Source of the DNA: Vibrio alginolyticus NBRC 15630 = ATCC 17749
GTDB lineage: Bacteria; Pseudomonadota; Gammaproteobacteria; Enterobacterales; Vibrionaceae
Direction: 5' to 3'
NCBI RefSeq assembly: GCF_000354175.2
Contig: NC_022349.1
Coordinates: forward strand, 900,001 to 932,000
Length of the DNA stretch: 32,000 nt
Part shown: positions 24,016 to 32,000 of the stretch, piece after piece
Numbering within the stretch: position 1 is the first letter of the stretch
Layout: the number at the start of each line of letters is the position of its first letter
Notes under the pieces: model-generated
Seen by the model: only the letters and a program-made list of their open reading frames with translations
Database searches by the model: none
What the model was told of the DNA's origin: nothing
Program-made: the position numbers and the translations under genes

Positions 24016-27000
24016 TTACTTCAAACTTGGGAGTCCACTAAGCAACGTATTTAGCTGCTCCCCAACATCACCAACGTTTTCAGGCGCGATAATATCTTCG
24101 TGCGAACACTCAAAATAATGCTTGTGCAAGCTGGTAATAAATGGCTTCCAATGCGCATCAATGTCATACCCCTCCGGTAAGGTACGTTCAGCCACAAACA
24201 AATTCACCTCACCATCATAAAGTGATGATTTTGCACTAGATAATAGCCGAACAGCATCTTCATAGTTCGATGTAATATCTTTAAACATCGCCATACGTTG
24301 CTTGTCCAATTCATCATCTGTAATGTCATTTGCTGCTAAGAACAAATCCTTTTCTCTTTCGATCTCGTCTTGCGCCTCTTCATTCATTGGCCCTTCCCAA
24401 TCTTGGCCTTCAGGTGGGTAGGTATCTAGCAAGCCTAAGAATGCAACTTCTTCACCTTGACGTCGCAGTTTAGATGCCAATGCTTGAGCTACTGTTCCAC
24501 CAAAGGAATAGCCTAGTAAATGGTATGGCCCTTCAGGCTGTAATTGCTTCAATGCTTTCATATGAATATCACAAGCATCTTCCATGTCTCGCCCCGCAGA
24601 GATGGCACCATTTGGACGTGGTGATTGCAGACCAAACACTGGATAGTGACCATCCAGATATTTAGGTAAACCTGTATATTGCCACGCGAAGCCAGAGGCG
24701 GAATTGATGCAGAAGAGCGCAGGACCAGATCCCGCTCTTATTGGCAGGACTTCACCAAAGCCAGCAAGAGTTGGATCGTTTAGCGCTTCATCGTCTAATA
24801 ATAATGCCGTCAGTTTCTCTGGTGTTGGATTCACCATGATTTGACCAATGGTCACAGGAACATTAAGAATTCGACGAATATCTGCTGCCAGCTTCATTGC
24901 CATTAATGAGTGACCACCTAAGGCAAAGAAATCATCTTCTGCAGACAGAGTATCCAGCCCTAACACGTCAGCAAATATGCTCACAAGTTGAGTTTCCATC
25001 CCTGGTCGTGCCGTTCGCCCAGAACCAGTAACAACGTCACTCGGGAGAGGCAACGCTTTGCGATCAAGTTTGCCGTTGGCACTTAATGGGTATTCTTCCA
25101 TCAAGATAATGGCAACAGGAACCATGTGAGCTGGCAAATGCTCTGCCAGTTTGCTGCGCAGAGTTTCGCTCTCCGTTTCGACACCATCATTGAGGATCGC
25201 ATAACCCACAAGCTGGCGATCATCCGCACCCGCCATGGCCTTTTCATTACTCAAGGATTTTGCACAGACAAGGGCCTGCTTAACACCTGCAAGCGATTGA
25301 AGCGCCGTTTCGATTTCTCCCAGTTCAATCCGTTGACCACGAATTTTTAATTGATCATCACTTCGACCAAGGTATTCGATTTTTCCAGAGGGTAGCCAAC
25401 GAACAACATCTCCTGTACGGTACATACGCTCCCCACTCGAGAACGGATTCGCAATAAACCTGTCTGCCGTTAATCCACTGCGGTTCAAATAGCCGATAGC
25501 CAATTGATCACCAGCTAGATACAACTCACCGGGGACACCCACTGGCGTTTCTCTCAGGAAGCTATCTAGCACATACACCTGCGTATTCCATACGGGTAGA
25601 CCGATCGGCACACTCGTCCCTAAGCTTTCAGCTAAAATAGAACCAAAAGCCGGACAATACGTCACATCAACCGCCGCCTCAGTTGGACCATATAAGTTGT
25701 GTAATGGCGCCTCTATCCAGCGTGCATATTGATTAGACAGTTCTTTCGATAATGCCTCACCAGAACAGAAAACACGCTGTAAGCTTCGAGCGACACGCTC
25801 ACCTTGTTCATGACTGTTTTCTATCGATGCCATAAACGCAGCAAGCATAGACGGTACAAAGTGCATGGTTGTCACTTTGTAGTCATTGATGATCTGCATT
25901 AACCACTCCGGATCTTTATGCGATTCCGGTGGTGCCATGACCAAGCTCGCACCTTCAATCAGCGGCCAGAAGAACTCCCAGACGGAAACATCAAAACTGC
26001 ATGGCGTTTTTTGCAAGACCACATCTTGCGCATTGAGTGTATATTCATGCTGCATCCATTTCAGGCGGTTTACGATAGCCTGATGCGAAACTAACACGCC
26101 TTTCGGATTCCCTGTCGAGCCAGATGTATAGATAATGTAGGCCCCATGATAAGGCGTAAGTCCATCCTTCTCTTCCGTCAGCGTGGAAGCCACTGGTTTA
26201 GGAAGTTCATCCAAAATCAGCAACTCTCCGAATGCAGAAAAGCGCGCTCGGTGCTCAGATGTCGTGATGATCAGCTTAGGCTTCGCATCATTGACCATGT
26301 ACGCCAACCTTTCGTCTGGATAACCCACGTCAAGCGGTAAGTAAGCGGCCCCACATTCAATAATACTATTGAACGCAAGACTTAACTTCGTACTTCGTGA
26401 CAACGCAACGGCAACAATATCGCCAACACTCACTTTGTGCTGCCAAAGTAACTCTGCTATCGCTTTCACCTGCCCTCTCATTTCGCGATAAGTGAAACTT
26501 CGGTCTTCATCAATCAAAGCAAGCTTCTCGGGCGTTTTCTCAGCTTGTTGCGCCATCAACGAACGCAAGGTTTGCTCTGGTAACGCAACTTTGGTCTGGT
26601 TAATACGTTGCTGTAACTCAATTTCATCAGCAAGACGTAAATCTAACTGGGTCAAACTTGCCTCTGGTGACGCGATAATCGCATCTAACACTTGTTCAAA
26701 GCGCTGCATTACTTGCTCAGCGACACCCGCTGTATCGCGGTATTCAAACAGAATATGGATCTGCTCACCCGGTAACACTAAGAGCGTTAATGGGTAATGA
26801 GTGTAGCCACGGTTATGAATATCGCACAGCTGCGCCCCTGCATAGTCTTTGTTAAACCAATCAGAATGGTCTGGATAGTTCTCAACCACCAGCAGCGTAT
26901 CAAATAGCGTTTCGCCGCCAGCCAATTGCTGAATTTCACCCAAACCAAGTTCATCATGCTCTAGTAATTGAATCTGAATTTCTTGATGCGCTATTAGCTG

Positions 27001-30000
27001 CTCAAGCAAACTTAGCTCTGGTTTGAGTTTCATCCTTACCGGAATGGTATTACTGAACAAACCAATATGTTCATCAATCCCTTCCACATGACCAAAACGA
27101 CCTGATATCGGCGTACCAAACACTACATCTTCTCTGCCCATCATGCTGCCAAGAATGCTCGACCAAACACCTTGCATTAATGAGTTCATGGTAAGGCCAT
27201 AGTGGCGAAGTAGCTGATTGATCGCTCGAGTTTTGTCTTCTGGGATAAACAGTTCGAGCTCGTTGAGCCTATCTGTGACGGGAATATCTTCAAATGCAAT
27301 GGCTGGGTTCACGCCCTGTAACACATCCACCCATCGTTGCTGAGCGGCTTTTTTATCTCTTCCCGTAAGCTGCTCAACAACACTGGCATAACTTGCACTA
27401 ATCGGCGTTAAAACATCAGCACTACTTGCATATGCCGTTAGGAAATCTCTCAACAAAATCGGCGTCGACCAACCATCAACCACCAAGTGATGAGCTGAGA
27501 TGTACAAAGTACTTTGGTTATCACCATGATAAATCACACTCGCATTTAATAGTGATTGTTCAGGGTTGCTGAGATCAAACTGACGCGTCAGCTCACTTTT
27601 CTCATAACAAGTCAGATACGCTTGCTGCTCGCTTTCTTCCATCGAAGTAATGCTATGACTCTCGATTGGCCACTCACCAAGCTCCTTAGGAATAAGCTGA
27701 ACGGTTTTACCCAGTATATCACTATCAAACTTAGCCATTAATTGAGGATGACGGCTTATCACCACATTAAGAGCACGCTTAACATGTCCAATATTGATTT
27801 CACCGTTAAAGGTTAAGCGCGTTGTTGAATTGTAATTACTGTTCTCATCACCCAGTTGTGACTGGAATAACAATCCTTCTTGTAAAGGCAAGGCCGGAAG
27901 CACATCTGCAAGCTCACCATATCGCTTTTCAAGACTTGAAGCTTGTGGCAATGAAATACCGACAACCGTCAATTCAGCTGGCACTTTTAGCTCTTCAGCC
28001 AACATTGTTCTCGAAGAAAGCCAATCAACTATGGAATTCAGATTCTCTTCAATTTTATCACTAATAACATCGATTTCATTTTGGCTAAACTGGAATTCGT
28101 TCCATGACCAGTTCAATGCAAATACGGGCGCGGCTGCATTTTCATCGACAAAAATATTCAGTTCGAGATCGTGCTGCAGTGCTTGTTCACTGTCTAACAG
28201 AACAGCAAAGGTATCAGCAAATTTTCTAGCTCGACTTTGTGGCGACCATTTCTCTGACGATTGCTCAAATCGGCCCAAATAGTTAAAGAGTACCGACGAC
28301 TTATAACGACTTGCTAGTTCTTTTAACTCGTTACGATGAGGATTATCAAGATGGAGCAAGGCCATATACCCCAACCCTTTATCCTTGATACTCCGTTTGG
28401 CTTGCTTTACCTCACGCAGCAAGTCAACCGTTGTCCCTGATTCCGGCAACTCCACAACCAAAGGATACTCTGTGGTAAACCAACCTATGGTTTGGCTTAG
28501 GTTGATGGACGAGTCAAACTCTTCTCGCCCATGAGATTCAAGATTGAATTTAATCGCCTCGTTGCCAAACACATTAGCAATGGCTGCACTTACGGATGAA
28601 AGTAAGATTTCTTCAATATCAATCGACTCTGACAGTTGACCGAACTCAAGCACACGCTCTGTGGTAGCGGCTGCCAGTTTATTTCGGCAATGCTTAACCC
28701 GGCAATCCTCTTGCGCAGGTTTGAACGGTATGACAGGACGACTTTCTCGTACTCGCCAATCCGCCATTTGCTGAGCAGCAACATCCAAATAATTGTGCAG
28801 CGCATGAGACCAGGTATTGATACCCGTGACTTCATTTGGAATGACGATGTCATGACCGGAAACTTCCGCGCGAGTTAGTGATTTAAGCTGAGGCAATAAC
28901 ACACGCCAAGAGACACCATCAATCAACAAGTGATGGGCTAAGATCATCAGGCCACATTGCCCTTTACTATCACTTAACATCACTAACCGTAATAACTGAC
29001 CATTAGCCAAGCTCATTGTCTTACCATACTGATCAAATATGGCATCAATATCGGCATGTTTTAGCTCGCCTACTGTTAGATGCTCCACCCACGATGCGAC
29101 ATCAAGTTGATCTATCGATTCGATATAATATTGCGATTCTTTCTTTATTAAGCGACACACCGAATTCATCGATACCAGTTTCACCAGCGCTCGTTGTAGC
29201 GCACTCAACGTAACATCAGCTTCGATTTCGACAAAGACACTTTGAACATAGTTGGTGTCCTCCGAGAAGGTATCTTCAAACCATCGCCACATTGGCAACG
29301 GCTTTATTTGCCCTTCTTGCGCCACATGCTCTTGCTGGTTAAGTAGCTTCATCACTTTTGCCATATCACCGACTCTACGGGCGGCAAAGATTTCTTTGGG
29401 GCGGAGTTCGAAGCCAACTTTACGCAAAATGGTGCCAAGCCCCATTGCGGAGATACTATCCCCACCGAGGTTAAAGAAATCATCTGAAATGCCAACATCA
29501 GCAACACCAAGCAATTCTGCAATGGCACTACATAGAGCAACTTCTTCTGCTGTAACCGGAGCTATCACTTCTTCGCGATTGGTAAGATCAATGTTTGGTA
29601 ATGACTTTCTGTCGATTTTCCCGTTGACGTTTAACGCAAACGCGTCAAGGATCATCAAACCTGCCGGAACCATGTATTCTGGTAATGCCTGACTCATTTC
29701 ATCGAGTAATTGCTGCTCAGAGGTATGCCCCTTCGCATGACTGACTAATGTGCAATACGCAATTAAACGGTGTGAATCTCCAAAACGTTCTGCAATCACC
29801 ACGGATGAATCCACATCTGGGATATTGTTGATTGCGCTTTCTACGTCCCCAAGTTCGATACGGAAACCACGAATTTTGACTTGATCATCCGTTCGACCAA
29901 TAAAGTCTAACTGCCCATTCTCGCGCCATTTTACTAAGTCACCCGTACGGAACATTATCTGACCGTGCTCAAATGGATTGGCAACAAATCGATCTGCTGT

Positions 30001-32000
30001 CATTCCCGGTTGATTCAAATAGCCTTTCGCCAGCCCTGCACCTGCAAGGTATAACTCACCGGCTACGCCGACAGGCACTTCTTGCAATGCATTGTTCAAA
30101 ACATAGGCTTTAGCGTTGAGTATCGGACGGCCAATCACAGGGGTGGTATCTGCATTTAGAGGAGCACTCACGGCATCTACGGTAAATTCTGTTGGGCCAT
30201 AGAAGTTCTCTACCAACAATTGAGGGTAATTCCCCACCCGCTCCCACAGTTTTTCTGGTATCGCTTCACTGCCGATGAGAACCAGAGTCGGAGTATAAAC
30301 CTGCTCCATAAGCCCACTATCAAGCATCTGATTAAACAGCGATGGGGGTAAGTCCATTGCATCGATGCGGTCGTTTTCTACACATTTAACTAATTCATAG
30401 GCATCTTTGCGCTGATCATCATCGTAAAGATAAAGCGTGTGCCCGCATAGCATCCAAATAACTTGTTCCCAAGAAGCATCAAATGAAAATGAAGTCGTAT
30501 GTGAGGCCCTGACCGTAATCTTTTCCGGCTCAGTTGAACGATTTGTCGCTAGGCTTGATATCGCCTTCCCAAAGATAGAGTTTTGATGAGAATGAAGTAA
30601 ATTAAGTAACGCGCCATGTGTGTTCATAACACCTTTCGGCTTACCTGTTGAGCCTGAGGTAAATACGATATAGGCGACATCATGCTTGGAGATATCAATC
30701 TGTTCTGGGGTTGAAATCTGTTGAGCGGTTAATTCAGCAAGTGTTGTGCAGTTTGCTAATTCCCCCCATGACAGGTTTTCTCTATCTTCAACAATAACTG
30801 TTTGAGGTTGAGCCTGTTCAAGGATAGTCTCTATACGCTCTTGGGGATAATCAAGATCTATTGGCAAGTAAGCCCCACCACAGCGCATGATAGCCAGCAT
30901 AGTAACCACGGTTTCTGGACTTCGAGGCAATGCCACGCCTACAACATGCTTTTGTTTTATACCCAAAGTACGCAACTGAGCAGCGCGCTGCTCAATGGCT
31001 TCACGCAGTGACTGAAAGCTCCATTTTTGTTGCTTATAAACGAGCGCAGTTTCATCTGGTGTTTGTGCAGCATTGCGTTCCAAAACATCAAGAACAGACT
31101 TATCTTGATACGGATCTTGCCATCGATTGCCAACAGACCAATCATCAATACTTTGCTGTTCACTTTGAGGAGCAAGTGCAATTTCAGCGAGTGTAATGGA
31201 TGGGGTTTGCGCGATTTGCTCTACCATGTTGGCAAATCGATTAGCATGAATCGTTAATGATTGGGTATTATACTTTTGCGCATTGGCTGTGATCTCAATC
31301 TCGAGCTTGCTGTTACTTAATGCAGGAGAAAATTCAATATCATCGATCGGACCTGCAGATAAGATATTCGTTTTCGATTTATTGCTACCAACATGCAGTT
31401 CATCTTCAAATGGCTTGAAGTTGAGCATTGGTCCGTACAAGGGTTGCCCTACTTTGCCTAAATCACGCGAGATTTGCTCTGCTTCATACATTTGGTAACG
31501 ACGAGCTTGTCTGATGGCTTTATTCATCACCCGAGCGACATCAGTAATACTCATAGTTTTATCAACAGAAAATGCCAAAGGTAGTACATTCACAACCGCA
31601 CCAGAGGCACTCATTGCCGAACTGCCCATTCGGCGCATAAACGGGAAGCCGACACAGACGTCGTCATTGCCACTGTGTAAATGTAAATACGCAAACACAA
31701 GAGCCATTGCGAGCTCTGAAGGCAGTACATTATTGCCTTGCGCATGTAGCCAATCGCCACCACGAAGACTAATGTGCTGCTTAACAACACCAAAACGTGC
31801 CTTATCGGTTCCACCTATGGTTAAAGAAGGCGGAGCGGGCAACGACCTTCCGGCCTCCTTCCAAAAATATCGTGCTTTGTCGTATTGCTCTGATTCGATA
31901 AATTGACCATGTTCCGCGACTACCTTGGCCATTGGTGTAAAACCTTCAGGCTCGGACGTTCCGAGTGTCATGTGATTGTAGTGACGGGTGATATTTTGGC
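24016..32000 (-). CDS. vabF: Non-ribosomal peptide synthetase, partial (5' end off window): ..C-A-T-E-C-A(Ser)-T-TE. An EntF-like terminal module is preceded by an epimerising module (VabF-like vanchrobactin-type synthetase).
   Basis: The frame stays open upstream of the track Met (31971) to the window edge. Its first residues align to about residue 190 of EntF, inside a C domain. A cores: AYIVFTSGSTGKPKG / AYIIYTSGSTGNPKG. Carrier Ser: GGDSIS and GGHSL. All E-domain motifs are present: PLPMWRWF, HHLLIDGVSWRVL, LESHGRE, TIGWFTTEYP, GLGYM, FNYLGRF. C2 has HHLVVDGWS. TE has GYSFGG. Confidence 0.9.
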   Translation of the reverse strand, partial: QNITRHYNHMTLGTSEPEGFTPMAKVVAEHGQFIESEQYDKARYFWKEAGRSLPAPPSLTIGGTDKARFGVVKQHISLRGGDWLHAQGNNVLPSELAMALVFAYLHLHSGNDDVCVGFPFMRRMGSSAMSASGAVVNVLPLAFSVDKTMSITDVARVMNKAIRQARRYQMYEAEQISRDLGKVGQPLYGPMLNFKPFEDELHVGSNKSKTNILSAGPIDDIEFSPALSNSKLEIEITANAQKYNTQSLTIHANRFANMVEQIAQTPSITLAEIALAPQSEQQSIDDWSVGNRWQDPYQDKSVLDVLERNAAQTPDETALVYKQQKWSFQSLREAIEQRAAQLRTLGIKQKHVVGVALPRSPETVVTMLAIMRCGGAYLPIDLDYPQERIETILEQAQPQTVIVEDRENLSWGELANCTTLAELTAQQISTPEQIDISKHDVAYIVFTSGSTGKPKGVMNTHGALLNLLHSHQNSIFGKAISSLATNRSTEPEKITVRASHTTSFSFDASWEQVIWMLCGHTLYLYDDDQRKDAYELVKCVENDRIDAMDLPPSLFNQMLDSGLMEQVYTPTLVLIGSEAIPEKLWERVGNYPQLLVENFYGPTEFTVDAVSAPLNADTTPVIGRPILNAKAYVLNNALQEVPVGVAGELYLAGAGLAKGYLNQPGMTADRFVANPFEHGQIMFRTGDLVKWRENGQLDFIGRTDDQVKIRGFRIELGDVESAINNIPDVDSSVVIAERFGDSHRLIAYCTLVSHAKGHTSEQQLLDEMSQALPEYMVPAGLMILDAFALNVNGKIDRKSLPNIDLTNREEVIAPVTAEEVALCSAIAELLGVADVGISDDFFNLGGDSISAMGLGTILRKVGFELRPKEIFAARRVGDMAKVMKLLNQQEHVAQEGQIKPLPMWRWFEDTFSEDTNYVQSVFVEIEADVTLSALQRALVKLVSMNSVCRLIKKESQYYIESIDQLDVASWVEHLTVGELKHADIDAIFDQYGKTMSLANGQLLRLVMLSDSKGQCGLMILAHHLLIDGVSWRVLLPQLKSLTRAEVSGHDIVIPNEVTGINTWSHALHNYLDVAAQQMADWRVRESRPVIPFKPAQEDCRVKHCRNKLAAATTERVLEFGQLSESIDIEEILLSSVSAAIANVFGNEAIKFNLESHGREEFDSSINLSQTIGWFTTEYPLVVELPESGTTVDLLREVKQAKRSIKDKGLGYMALLHLDNPHRNELKELASRYKSSVLFNYLGRFEQSSEKWSPQSRARKFADTFAVLLDSEQALQHDLELNIFVDENAAAPVFALNWSWNEFQFSQNEIDVISDKIEENLNSIVDWLSSRTMLAEELKVPAELTVVGISLPQASSLEKRYGELADVLPALPLQEGLLFQSQLGDENSNYNSTTRLTFNGEINIGHVKRALNVVISRHPQLMAKFDSDILGKTVQLIPKELGEWPIESHSITSMEESEQQAYLTCYEKSELTRQFDLSNPEQSLLNASVIYHGDNQSTLYISAHHLVVDGWSTPILLRDFLTAYASSADVLTPISASYASVVEQLTGRDKKAAQQRWVDVLQGVNPAIAFEDIPVTDRLNELELFIPEDKTRAINQLLRHYGLTMNSLMQGVWSSILGSMMGREDVVFGTPISGRFGHVEGIDEHIGLFSNTIPVRMKLKPELSLLEQLIAHQEIQIQLLEHDELGLGEIQQLAGGETLFDTLLVVENYPDHSDWFNKDYAGAQLCDIHNRGYTHYPLTLLVLPGEQIHILFEYRDTAGVAEQVMQRFEQVLDAIIASPEASLTQLDLRLADEIELQQRINQTKVALPEQTLRSLMAQQAEKTPEKLALIDEDRSFTYREMRGQVKAIAELLWQHKVSVGDIVAVALSRSTKLSLAFNSIIECGAAYLPLDVGYPDERLAYMVNDAKPKLIITTSEHRARFSAFGELLILDELPKPVASTLTEEKDGLTPYHGAYIIYTSGSTGNPKGVLVSHQAIVNRLKWMQHEYTLNAQDVVLQKTPCSFDVSVWEFFWPLIEGASLVMAPPESHKDPEWLMQIINDYKVTTMHFVPSMLAAFMASIENSHEQGERVARSLQRVFCSGEALSKELSNQYARWIEAPLHNLYGPTEAAVDVTYCPAFGSILAESLGTSVPIGLPVWNTQVYVLDSFLRETPVGVPGELYLAGDQLAIGYLNRSGLTADRFIANPFSSGERMYRTGDVVRWLPSGKIEYLGRSDDQLKIRGQRIELGEIETALQSLAGVKQALVCAKSLSNEKAMAGADDRQLVGYAILNDGVETESETLRSKLAEHLPAHMVPVAIILMEEYPLSANGKLDRKALPLPSDVVTGSGRTARPGMETQLVSIFADVLGLDTLSAEDDFFALGGHSLMAMKLAADIRRILNVPVTIGQIMVNPTPEKLTALLLDDEALNDPTLAGFGEVLPIRAGSGPALFCINSASGFAWQYTGLPKYLDGHYPVFGLQSPRPNGAISAGRDMEDACDIHMKALKQLQPEGPYHLLGYSFGGTVAQALASKLRRQGEEVAFLGLLDTYPPEGQDWEGPMNEEAQDEIEREKDLFLAANDITDDELDKQRMAMFKDITSNYEDAVRLLSSAKSSLYDGEVNLFVAERTLPEGYDIDAHWKPFITSLHKHYFECSHEDIIAPENVGDVGEQLNTLLSGLPSLK

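Overview
The window looks like Vibrionaceae chromosomal DNA in three parts. (1) 1 to ~9.8 kb is a sedentary chromosomal integron ('superintegron') cassette array. It holds at least 13 short cassettes, with all but one ORF on the minus strand, separated by VCR-like attC sites. Five attC copies of ~124 bp are well conserved (5181, 5733, 6201, 8019, 8760), and more diverged copies sit in the earlier spacers. Cargo is typical accessory material: GNATs, Maa acetyltransferase, an RDD protein, a PPOX flavoprotein, DUF2007 and an antirepressor-like ORF. No intI or attI is visible, and the promoter-proximal cassette ORF is 5'-truncated. (2) ~9.8-12.4 kb is a decayed junction. A frameshifted, truncated, visibly GC-richer MFS gene is fused through a (TG)n-G9 tract to an IS200-type tnpA remnant, and an IS903-group (IS5 family) remnant lies nearby. 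An intact EntD-type PPTase gene sits between the two IS remnants. (3) 10.9-32 kb is a Fur-box-studded catecholate siderophore locus. It encodes a PPTase, a dedicated DAHP synthase, DHB synthesis and activation genes (EntA/C/E/B equivalents), an EntS-like exporter, a FepBDGC-like importer, and a >2651-aa NRPS. I read the NRPS as ..C-A-T-E-C-A(Ser)-T-TE, which is the architecture and gene content of the vanchrobactin (vab/fvt) type cluster. The best candidate for an undescribed system is the translationally coupled two-gene cassette at 6349-7994. It pairs a GIY-YIG nuclease with an orphan DGQHR (DndB/DpdB-like, ParB-fold) protein and has no dnd or dpd partners. All calls rest on by-eye motif recognition; no database search was run.
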